DNA of 64,000 nt from an uncultured Gammaproteobacteria bacterium (GTDB lineage: Bacteria; Patescibacteriota; Microgenomatia; UBA12405), in the NCBI GenBank assembly GCA_964549165.1, contig CAZJUH010000001.1:863-64862 (forward strand). Direction: 5' to 3'. The notes beneath the pieces were generated by a model, which made no database searches, was not told the origin of the DNA, and saw only the letters and a program-made list of their open reading frames with translations. A program made the translations under genes and the position numbers. Of the stretch, positions 56,224-64,000 are shown in pieces; positions within the stretch are counted from its first letter, which is position 1, and each line of letters opens with the position of its first letter.

Positions 56224-56757
56224 ATGACCAACAATCTTGACCTAGAAAAATTCATGGATAAAATCAAAAAAGCTGAAGCTGGAAATAAGCTTGATCTCTC
56301 TTCTGATGAAGACCTGTCTATCGCCATCATGAATTTGATCAGTATCGAAGAGCATCTATTTTTTACGGCAAATAAAACCGGCAAAACCAAATATTTTGAT
56401 CTTCTTAATGAAACCAGGGAAATGCGCAAGGAACTGCTTAAACTCATTGTCAAAAATCCAGAAGGGGAGATTTGGTGTACCAGTAAACATCTTCTAGCCG
56501 CCTCAATGCGTCTTTTTGAAGTCGGTACCAAGGCTCAGACCAAGGGTGATCAAAAAAGTGCTTTCAGCTTCTTTGAAAAATCCTACCATCTCTACAATTT
56601 ATTCTGGGGAATTAATCTTGGTTTGGTTGATAATATAGGGGCTCAATTTATTGAGCCCAAGAAAAACAAAGACACCCCCCTCTCCTACAAAAAATCAGAT
56701 TTTCTTGGTAAGGTCAGTGGTGTTATCGGCAAAATCCTCGACTGTTGCCGCGAGTAA
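56224..56757 (+). CDS. Hypothetical soluble protein
   Basis: 177-aa ORF with normal composition. Confidence 0.4.
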   Translation: MTNNLDLEKFMDKIKKAEAGNKLDLSSDEDLSIAIMNLISIEEHLFFTANKTGKTKYFDLLNETREMRKELLKLIVKNPEGEIWCTSKHLLAASMRLFEVGTKAQTKGDQKSAFSFFEKSYHLYNLFWGINLGLVDNIGAQFIEPKKNKDTPLSYKKSDFLGKVSGVIGKILDCCRE

Positions 56758-56758
56758 T

Positions 56759-57409
56759 TTACTCGTACCCCAATAGTTTTTTCAGTTCTTTTATCTCCAT
56801 TACCACAATCTGTCTCTTGTCATTATCAATCACCTTATTCTTTTCTAGTTTTAGCATTTGGAGTGTCACCGTTTCTCTGGTCAGTCCGGTCAGAGTGGCA
56901 ATTTGTTTGTGAGTAATTTTTACTTTTATACTTACTTCTTTTCCCCTGCTTACCCCATATTCTCTGGCCATTGAGTAAATTAATCCCGCCACCTTTAGAT
57001 AAGCATTTCCGGAAATAAGCTGCGATACATAAGTAGTCAAATCCAAAAATTTTTCCATAACCAGATTGTTTAATTCACTTTCTAGTTTTGGATTTTCTTT
57101 TAAAAATTTTTCAAATTCTTCTGCTGGTGCCATCCAGGCTTCAACTGGTGTCATTGTTTCCACAAAATGACGACTTTTAAGCCCTGTTTTGGCGCCGATT
57201 AGGGACAAATAAAACCAGGGGTTAAAAACTTGGATTCCACTTTCTTTTTCTTCAGCTCTGACATCGTAGACTCGCAGATACCCACTCTTGACATAATAAA
57301 CGCCCTTAAAATTTTCATTGCTTTCCACTACTATTTGCCCTTTTTTATATTTTTTTAGGGGATATTTAGTAAAAAATTCAACGAGCTTTTTCTTTGTTTC
57401 TTCTTTCAT
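56759..57409 (-). CDS. Crp/Fnr-family transcriptional regulator
   Basis: 216 aa. cNMP-binding beta-roll and C-terminal HTH (KQIATLTGLTRETVTLQMLKLEKNKVI). Confidence 0.75.
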   Translation of the reverse strand: MKEETKKKLVEFFTKYPLKKYKKGQIVVESNENFKGVYYVKSGYLRVYDVRAEEKESGIQVFNPWFYLSLIGAKTGLKSRHFVETMTPVEAWMAPAEEFEKFLKENPKLESELNNLVMEKFLDLTTYVSQLISGNAYLKVAGLIYSMAREYGVSRGKEVSIKVKITHKQIATLTGLTRETVTLQMLKLEKNKVIDNDKRQIVVMEIKELKKLLGYE

Positions 57410-57459
57410 ATGTTTAATGGCAGTACTACTTAACTAGTACTACATCTGTAACAATTCTA

Positions 57460-59217
57460 TCACAATTTTTCCAGTTCGTTTTGCCACTCTTCAATCGTCT
57501 TAAAACTCTTTTGCCAAAACTTAGGCGAGCCAATATCAACTCCAGCTCTTTTTAAGACTATTTGCGGATCCTCACTCCCACCGCTCTCCAAAATATTTTC
57601 TATTATTTTTATCCATTTCTTAGGTTCTTTTTTGTAGTTGGCAAAGAGAGCATATGACACCAGTTCGCCAAAATTATAGGCGTAGCAGTAAAAAGGACTT
57701 TCAAAAATATGGGAAATATAGCTCCATTCATATTTAAACAAGGGGTCAATCTGAACACTGCCTCCAAACTGTTCTTTTAAAGTTTTTAAGTAGAGTTTTG
57801 ACAAGTTTTCACTACTTATCCCTTTTTCAATCTCCTCGTGGGCTTCGATTTCAAATTTAATAAAATAATTTTGTCGACAAATCGTAGCGTAGGCATCGGC
57901 CATTTTATCTGACAGCCATGCCCTTTTTATTTCTTTGTCTTGTTCGCTCTTCATCATTTTTTCAAATAAAATAAGTTCTGAGAGGGTGGAGGCTGTTTCC
58001 GCCAGGGGTAAATTTGCTTGTTGGCTTGAAGGGTAGTGTTTGTTGGCGTAGAGTGAATGAATTCCGTGTCCCAGCTCATGAGCCAGAGTACTAATATCTC
58101 GAGATTTACCGGTAAAATTTAAAAGTATGTATGGTGTAATTTTCGGGGCCACGGTGGCACAAAAGGCTCCGCCTCTCTTGTTTTTGCCGGGCATCACATC
58201 AATATGATTTTCTTCAATAATTTTTTTGGCTTTACTTTCAAAATCCGGTGAAAATTCTTTTAGAGTACTCAGTACTTGCCTCTTTGCTTCTTCATAAGTT
58301 ATCTTTTTATCTTTACTTTGGAGTGGGGCGTAAATATCAAAGCGCCTAAGCTTTTTCAGTCCGAGCTCCTTTGCCTTCCACTTAAAATATCTTTGAAAAA
58401 TATCAATATTATTACTACAGACCTTTAGTAGGCTCTCTACCGCCGCGTCAGGAACATGGTTAGCCCAGTTTCTTACTGAGAAAGGGGACCTGTGGCCTCG
58501 TAGTCTGGCTTCGTAGCCCCAGTCTTTGACGATTCCCTGATAAATTGCAAAGAATTTATCTAAATGATCCTTCTGTTTTTTTAATAATGTCTTATAAGCT
58601 CCCTCTCTAATTTTAGCTTTTGGATTATAAACCAAAGCCAAAAGTTCCGACTGAGATTTAATATGTTTAATTTTATTACCTACTTTAAGGTCATATTCAA
58701 ATTCGGTTTCAATCATTTCTCTCAACTCTCCGAGTACCCCCACTCCATTGACATCTTTGTGGTCAATTATCTGTTCTTCTCTTTCGTTGAGGCTGTACCT
58801 TGCCCCTTCACGGCTTCTTTTAAGGCCATATTCGAGATCAGGTATAGTCGAAAAAAGTCTTTTTGCGTTTGTATCGTCGAGCAATGGTTCTCTTTTTCCT
58901 TGTAACCACAAACCCAGTTTTGTGGCAATATCGCTAATTTTTAAACCGAGATTATCAATCCGGCTTTTCATTAGCTTTGCTTTTTGATTTTTTTGATCGA
59001 CTGCCTCTATTAGTTCCGGAAGATAGGCCAGTTTAGCCACTTTTACTCCCATTTTTTCGTTGAATTCTAGCATCTCTCCAAATTCCTTCTGGCTCATCGC
59101 CGGCTTCACTCTTTCAACCCATTTCTCCAGTGTTTTAATTTCGCTCTCAATCTCATTATATAAATCATCAAATTTATCTATTGGCATTATGTCGTCAAGA
59201 TTCCATTTCATGTCCAT
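57460..59217 (-). CDS. pepF: Oligoendopeptidase F (M3B)
   Basis: 585 aa. HELGHGIHS zinc site plus a downstream E. Confidence 0.85.
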   Translation of the reverse strand: MDMKWNLDDIMPIDKFDDLYNEIESEIKTLEKWVERVKPAMSQKEFGEMLEFNEKMGVKVAKLAYLPELIEAVDQKNQKAKLMKSRIDNLGLKISDIATKLGLWLQGKREPLLDDTNAKRLFSTIPDLEYGLKRSREGARYSLNEREEQIIDHKDVNGVGVLGELREMIETEFEYDLKVGNKIKHIKSQSELLALVYNPKAKIREGAYKTLLKKQKDHLDKFFAIYQGIVKDWGYEARLRGHRSPFSVRNWANHVPDAAVESLLKVCSNNIDIFQRYFKWKAKELGLKKLRRFDIYAPLQSKDKKITYEEAKRQVLSTLKEFSPDFESKAKKIIEENHIDVMPGKNKRGGAFCATVAPKITPYILLNFTGKSRDISTLAHELGHGIHSLYANKHYPSSQQANLPLAETASTLSELILFEKMMKSEQDKEIKRAWLSDKMADAYATICRQNYFIKFEIEAHEEIEKGISSENLSKLYLKTLKEQFGGSVQIDPLFKYEWSYISHIFESPFYCYAYNFGELVSYALFANYKKEPKKWIKIIENILESGGSEDPQIVLKRAGVDIGSPKFWQKSFKTIEEWQNELEKL

Positions 59218-59225
59218 ATTTTACT

Positions 59226-59888
59226 CTATCTCAGCCGAGCAAATTCTTCTATTAGTTTTTCTTTTTCACTTTTAGTTAATTTAAAATCGCCCTTCGTCTC
59301 GCCGTAGCTTTTTGCGGAGGCGGACCTTTGTCTATCAATTTCATACATCACTATCCCAGCAGTTACTGATATATTTAGACTCTGCACCATTCCCTTCATT
59401 GGGATATAAATTTTTTCGTCGGCTCCTTTTATGGCTTCTTCAGAAAGTCCTCGATGCTCGTTCCCTAGTACTATGGCAATTTTTTGAAGTTTGTCCGCCA
59501 AAGGCGGATCCGCCTCTGGCGGAAAGATTGTAGATTGAAGATTGATAGTCTCTTTGTCGAGAACTGTGGCATAAATTTTGTATCCGTTTTTTCGAAGCTG
59601 CCCATAGCATTCGTCAATATTTTTAAATATTTTAAAGCTCAGCCATTTGTTGGCGCTGGCCGAGGAGGCCTTGCCAATTTTTTTTGGATTAATGGCTTTT
59701 TCTTTTGAATAAACTAGATATATTTTTTGAAAGCCAAAGGCATCGGCGCTTCGCCACACCGCCGCCGCGTTATGCGGATCGGCAATATTTTCCAGTACTA
59801 TCACCCCTTCCTGTCGATTTTCAATCATTCTTTTAATTTTTCTTTGCCTCGCCGTAGCTTCAGCGTAGGCAGGTCCATTTTTTATCAT
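59226..59888 (-). CDS. SpoU/TrmH-family RNA 2'-O-methyltransferase
   Basis: 220 aa. Motifs IVLGNEHRGLS and SLNISVTAGIVMYE. Carries three repeat-element insertions (ETINLQSTIFPPEADPPLAD; PAYAEATAR; SASAKSYGET). Confidence 0.75.
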   Translation of the reverse strand: MIKNGPAYAEATARQRKIKRMIENRQEGVIVLENIADPHNAAAVWRSADAFGFQKIYLVYSKEKAINPKKIGKASSASANKWLSFKIFKNIDECYGQLRKNGYKIYATVLDKETINLQSTIFPPEADPPLADKLQKIAIVLGNEHRGLSEEAIKGADEKIYIPMKGMVQSLNISVTAGIVMYEIDRQRSASAKSYGETKGDFKLTKSEKEKLIEEFARLR

Positions 59889-61186
59889 TTCTTTTCCTCC
59901 GTGCTTTTTTCGAGTTCATAAAACACAATTTTTTCACTTAATTTTTCCCGTCTATTAACTTTAAATTTTCCAAGAGAACTAACTTCCCAAACTCTTTCCG
60001 TTTCTGGAGCTCTGTTTTCTGGTGCCACCAAAAATAATTTTTCCGCTTTGGGATATTCTTCCACCCCCATTGGATTACAATTCCTAATTTTTAATAAATA
60101 TCGGATATCATATGCTCTGGTATCTCCCTGAACTGTTGCCGCCACATTAAAGTTTTTTGGACAACCATCTTTAATTATTAAATCGGCTACTTTTTGTTGT
60201 TCTGTATAATTCCACCCTTCTATCACATCAAGCGGTGCATAACTAGAAATAAATTTAGTCTGAAGGCACCACGTTGCTCCTAAAATTACAACCAAAGCTA
60301 GACTTGCGACTTTATTGTTTTTTATTTTATTAATAAAAATTAATAAACTATATAGTCCAAAAATTAACAACGGAAAAACAAAATAATGAGGTGTTAACCC
60401 ATTTCCAGCTGACGAATTTATAAAGACTAAGAGGATTGTTTTTATATTATAAAAACCGTGTCGAATTTCAAAAACAAAAAAGGGTAAATTTCCCAGGATA
60501 AAACCGAAAAAAATGATTAAATAAGCTTTAACTTTTAGATACTGTTTTGATTTAACTAAAAGGTAAATAAAAAATATTCCCCAAAACACCGCGCTATAGT
60601 GGCAAGCAAAACCAAAACCCCAACAAAACGCTGTTAAAAATAAATACCCAAATCGTTTTTTTAATAAATATTTATCTCCAAAATATAAAACGAGTATTGA
60701 TAGGGGTACCAACAAATGTGGATTCCAATAAAATCGGCTGTGAGTAATCAAATAAGGGGATACTGATATCAACAAAAAAACTAAAAGTGCCCAAAAATAA
60801 TTAAATTTCTGTTTTAGAAAAAAGATAAAAAGCAAATAAAAACCAAGTTCTAAAAAAATAAAAATAATCGTAATTCTCAATGGGTTCCATTGTCCGATTA
60901 ATCCAATAATTCCCAAAACATAATAATAATTAGCCCCAATAAAAAACTGTCTCCCCATAAAAGTTTTTGAAGTTACCAAGGGTCCCACCAAGCTTATTTT
61001 TTTAGTGTCAAAAATTATTTTCGTTTCGAGCAAATGAATTCCTTGATCCAGTCGAAAGCCAATCAAATCATTTAATCGGTAAAGCCTCGCAAAAAGGTAT
61101 ACAAACGAAATTAGAATTAATCCGACAATAAAAACAATTTTTATCTTATTTATTTTCACTATTTTCTCTTCACTCTTATTGTGCAC
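59885..61186 (-). CDS. Polytopic membrane protein, possible GT-C (ArnT/PMT-like) glycosyltransferase
   Basis: 433 aa. About 11 TM helices, then a C-terminal ~100-aa soluble domain. Confidence 0.4.
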   Translation of the reverse strand: MHNKSEEKIVKINKIKIVFIVGLILISFVYLFARLYRLNDLIGFRLDQGIHLLETKIIFDTKKISLVGPLVTSKTFMGRQFFIGANYYYVLGIIGLIGQWNPLRITIIFIFLELGFYLLFIFFLKQKFNYFWALLVFLLISVSPYLITHSRFYWNPHLLVPLSILVLYFGDKYLLKKRFGYLFLTAFCWGFGFACHYSAVFWGIFFIYLLVKSKQYLKVKAYLIIFFGFILGNLPFFVFEIRHGFYNIKTILLVFINSSAGNGLTPHYFVFPLLIFGLYSLLIFINKIKNNKVASLALVVILGATWCLQTKFISSYAPLDVIEGWNYTEQQKVADLIIKDGCPKNFNVAATVQGDTRAYDIRYLLKIRNCNPMGVEEYPKAEKLFLVAPENRAPETERVWEVSSLGKFKVNRREKLSEKIVFYELEKSTEEKK

Positions 61187-61422
61187 TCGGTCAGTAGGGC
61201 GGCGATGGCGCCGACAGCCGCCAAGGTGGGGAGTAAAGCCGCTCCAATTACTCCTGCGGTCAGAGGGAAGACCATAATGGTTTTTCCTTCTTTATTTTCT
61301 ATCGTAATTTCCCTGACATTGCCTTCTTTAATCAATTCCTTAATCTTTTTCAGCAGTTCCTCACCACTAACCCTAAATGAATCCTCACTTGCCTTAGTTT
61401 TTTTAGTTGCTTTTGTCGCCAT
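61159..61422 (-). CDS. Small DUF4342-like protein
   Basis: 87 aa. Basic N-terminus and a Gly/Ala-rich hydrophobic C-terminus. Confidence 0.4.
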   Translation of the reverse strand: MATKATKKTKASEDSFRVSGEELLKKIKELIKEGNVREITIENKEGKTIMVFPLTAGVIGAALLPTLAAVGAIAALLTECTIRVKRK

Positions 61423-61712
61423 ATCTTATTATAGTCTATAATTCTCTCATGAAGAAAAATAAAGATTATTTAGTCTGGGGGATAACAGCGACTATTTCAT
61501 TTTTAATTCTGGCCGCTCTGGCTTATTGGAAAATTTCTCCCGCCACTTTCCGTGAATTTGACACTACCTGTCAGCATTTTAATTACCAAGATTGTATGCG
61601 CTGGTTTTATAATACGAAGCCTTATTTTCAAAAAGTTACTATCGGTAGTCTAATTCTCGCCTTTTTCTCCCTTATTACCACTTTTGTTTTCTATTTTAGG
61701 AAAAACAATTAA
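61407..61712 (+). CDS. Small membrane protein, unknown
   Basis: 101 aa with 2 TM helices. Confidence 0.3.
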   Translation: MLLSPYLIIVYNSLMKKNKDYLVWGITATISFLILAALAYWKISPATFREFDTTCQHFNYQDCMRWFYNTKPYFQKVTIGSLILAFFSLITTFVFYFRKNN

Positions 61713-61912
61713 AATCAATATATTACCGATAAATAGGCAAAGAAAAAAAAGTTAAACAACTTTGCAGTCAGTAAATCGAGCATCACTTTTTGGAATTTCC
61801 GGATACATGGGGTATTTTATACTCAAATATCGATAATAGCAAAAAAGTTATTTTGAAATTATGCTTATAAAATTATCTGCATACAGGTCTCAACTTTTCT
61901 ATTTCATTAATT

Positions 61913-62965
61913 CTAAAACTCAACAATAATTGTTTTATTTATTGAGTCGATATTCATCTTTTTACCAACAGGTAGGGCAATTTGTGGAGCCGTATGGCCG
62001 ATGTCAATGTTTTGAACAATAGGAATATTTTGATTATATTTTCGAACTGTTTCCAAAAACATTTTTCTTTGTCCCTGCTTATGTTTTTCTTTTTGTTCAT
62101 CAGTATTTGGTTTATCAAATTCCCAAGCTTTTGGTCGACCGACTAATAGCCCTTTAATATTTTTCAAAATTCCTCTTTCCCCTAATGCTCTTAATACTCG
62201 ACGAACATAATCATGATCGGGAATTTCTTCTGATGTTTCTATAAACAGAATTATATTTTCAAAATCTTGAAGAGTCGGGATTGCAGTACCATGACGCAAT
62301 AATTCATCAATTGATTCAAGGCAGCCACCCCAGGTAATCCCTTCAACGTTAGTTAATCCGTTCCAATGCCAACCATCATTATCTTGATACTTTCTTTTTT
62401 GAGTTAAGAGGGTGGGGTCATTCCAGTCTAAGCCAATGTCATTGAAAACAGGACTGGAGTCTAGATTAAATATTCCACTTTCAAATAAGGCACACCTTAG
62501 ATATTTTATTGTAAATTCATCCATTTCATTTTGCATGGCAAACTCGGTAAAGAGATGTCCACCATAAAATGAAGGAATGCCCGAGAGCCACAAAAAGTTA
62601 ATAAAATGAGTATTGTCGCTATAGCCAAAAAACGGTTTTGGATTATTTATAAATGGCTCCTTTGGTAGATTCTTTATGTAAGTTATTTGATCATCACCCC
62701 CAATTGAAGCAATGACAGCTTTAATTTCTTTGTTTTCAAAAGCGTCAATTAAATCTTTTGATCTTTCTTCTGTAGTGGCTCCAAGTTTTTTGGTAGCAGG
62801 AAACTCGACCGGTTCTAGACCAAAAACATCACGTAAACGCTGACAACCAAGTTCGTAAACATTAGGCCATTTCCCCGGTGCCGCAAATGATGGTGAAAGA
62901 ATGGCTACTTTGTCATCTCTTTTTAATTTTGGAAGCGTTACAAAATTCATATTATAGTTTATCAC
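61913..62965 (-). CDS. S66-family LD-carboxypeptidase / MccF-like serine peptidase
   Basis: 350 aa. DKVAILSPSFAAP ... IKAVIASIGGDD ... FFGYSDNTHF matches S66. Confidence 0.7.
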   Translation of the reverse strand: MINYNMNFVTLPKLKRDDKVAILSPSFAAPGKWPNVYELGCQRLRDVFGLEPVEFPATKKLGATTEERSKDLIDAFENKEIKAVIASIGGDDQITYIKNLPKEPFINNPKPFFGYSDNTHFINFLWLSGIPSFYGGHLFTEFAMQNEMDEFTIKYLRCALFESGIFNLDSSPVFNDIGLDWNDPTLLTQKRKYQDNDGWHWNGLTNVEGITWGGCLESIDELLRHGTAIPTLQDFENIILFIETSEEIPDHDYVRRVLRALGERGILKNIKGLLVGRPKAWEFDKPNTDEQKEKHKQGQRKMFLETVRKYNQNIPIVQNIDIGHTAPQIALPVGKKMNIDSINKTIIVEF

Positions 62966-63390
62966 TTTACCTTATTTTCAATTAAATCTCGATAGTTTGA
63001 TAATGTAATTCTGGTTCCAGGAGAAAGCTTATTAGCCAATGCCTCATCTATAGTAAACCAGCCGATTTCCTGACCTTCGCCCTGACCCAGAACAAATTTT
63101 GCTTCTTCATCTTTTTCAACAAAAGCGACATACACCCAAACATCCTCACCCATTGATCCGGTGATTTTATTTATTAATTTATATTCTTTGAGATCATAAC
63201 TAGCCTCTTCTTTGACTTCACGAAGCAGGCCCTGCTCCGGCGTCTCGTCTTTTTCAATCCCTCCACCGACCAGCTGCCAACAATCAGGAAAGGGGATGGT
63301 GGGAATGTCGTCTCGGTGAAAAAGCAATATTTTATCCTGGCTAAAGATAATAACTTTCGCCCCGTTTTTGGGTTTAATAATTGATTTCAT
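62962..63390 (-). CDS. NUDIX hydrolase
   Basis: 142 aa with Nudix box GGGIEKDETPEQGLLREVKEEASY. Confidence 0.75.
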   Translation of the reverse strand: MKSIIKPKNGAKVIIFSQDKILLFHRDDIPTIPFPDCWQLVGGGIEKDETPEQGLLREVKEEASYDLKEYKLINKITGSMGEDVWVYVAFVEKDEEAKFVLGQGEGQEIGWFTIDEALANKLSPGTRITLSNYRDLIENKVK

Positions 63391-63393
63391 TTT

Positions 63394-63807
63394 TTATTTT
63401 TCTGCGATTTCCTCAGAAAATCGTAACAGATATCCATCCGGATCTAAGACTAAAATTTCTCGGCATCCATATGATTTGTTTCCCGCCTTGTACCAGCTAT
63501 CTTTTATCCCTCTTTTAAGGGGATAATTATTTTTTGCCAGAGAATCAATAATTGAATGCACGTTTTTGGTCTCAATCTGAAAATTAATCCCTTTTTCAAA
63601 CGGATACTCTAGTTTTTCCAACTCTTTTTCTCCTGGTCTTAATTCTTGAATCATTATTTGACTACAGTTGTAGGACAAAAAAGCAAAGCTTGGGTTTTCT
63701 CTTTGATATTCGATCTTAAATCCGATTATATCAACGTAAAAATTTATACTTTTAGCAAAATCAGTAATCGAAAACTCGGTCAGTATTGGTAAAAATTTCA
63801 TAAACAA
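63394..63807 (-). CDS. VOC-family (glyoxalase/bleomycin-resistance) protein
   Basis: 137 aa with a beta-alpha-beta-beta-beta module (FAKSINFYVDIIGFKI). Confidence 0.7.
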   Translation of the reverse strand: MFMKFLPILTEFSITDFAKSINFYVDIIGFKIEYQRENPSFAFLSYNCSQIMIQELRPGEKELEKLEYPFEKGINFQIETKNVHSIIDSLAKNNYPLKRGIKDSWYKAGNKSYGCREILVLDPDGYLLRFSEEIAEK

Positions 63808-63813
63808 TTATAA

Positions 63814-64000
63814 CTAATTTATCTCAACTCCAAACTCTCTCAGCAAAATCTCCATCTCTTGCATTTGGTTTGGAAATACAAGGTAATTTGAAAGCTCTTT
63901 TGGCAAAACCCACTTTATCTTTCTAATTTCTTCTGGCTCTGGCTTTAAATCTCCTTCTTCACCCAAAAATTTAACCAAAAATTGAGTTATTTCTTGTCCG
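63814..64000 (-). CDS. Partial CDS (C-terminal end only, start beyond the window edge), unknown function
   Basis: Minus-strand translation ...GQEITQFLVKFLGEEGDLKPEPEEIRKIKWVLPKELSNYLVFPNQMQEMEILLREFGVEIN* ending at the TAG at 63814-63816. This C-terminal fragment contains no Nudix box, so no family can be assigned. Confidence 0.4.
   Translation of the reverse strand, partial: GQEITQFLVKFLGEEGDLKPEPEEIRKIKWVLPKELSNYLVFPNQMQEMEILLREFGVEIN

Noticed and set aside
59226-59888. Treating the repeat-bearing segments of the trmH-like, ftsH or mutM genes as frameshifts/pseudogenes
   Set aside because: The reading frames stay open through every element copy and the flanking catalytic motifs are intact. 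The insertions are in-frame, so the genes are called intact.

Overview
This window appears to be the origin-proximal chromosomal region of a low-GC bacterium. The gene content and the many small secreted and membrane proteins resemble an uncultivated Patescibacteria/CPR-like lineage, but that assignment is inference. The housekeeping core is clear: rpmH-rnpA-yidD-yidC-jag, then a divergent oriC with DnaA boxes, then dnaA-dnaN. Also present are ftsH, trxB, mutM, a 5'-3' exonuclease, pepF, copA and an ABC exporter. The accessory content falls into five groups. (1) A type-IV-secretion-like locus in two blocks: six tandem paralogous TrbC/VirB2-like pilin genes with a VirB6-like membrane protein (7.8-13.1 kb), and a VirB4 ATPase with a 1038-aa M23-peptidase cell-wall hydrolase and flanking membrane proteins (30.4-39 kb). 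(2) A 7TM membrane protein with three tandem RimK-type ATP-grasp ligases, one fused to a retropepsin-like 'Zn-protease' domain. (3) A dockerin-bearing BNR-repeat protein beside a possible cohesin-like protein. (4) Four type II toxin-antitoxin modules and a copper regulon (CopY-like repressor; TACAnnTGTA cop boxes on copA and on an HMA/DsbD-like gene). (5) The most unusual feature: the window is saturated with several families of short palindromic or heptameric repeat elements. They occur in intergenic DNA and also as in-frame insertions inside conserved genes (ftsH, mutM, trmH-like, copA, trxB, virB4, RimK paralogs), where they add short peptide segments. This resembles Rickettsia palindromic elements. 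No rRNA, tRNA or CRISPR array was recognised.
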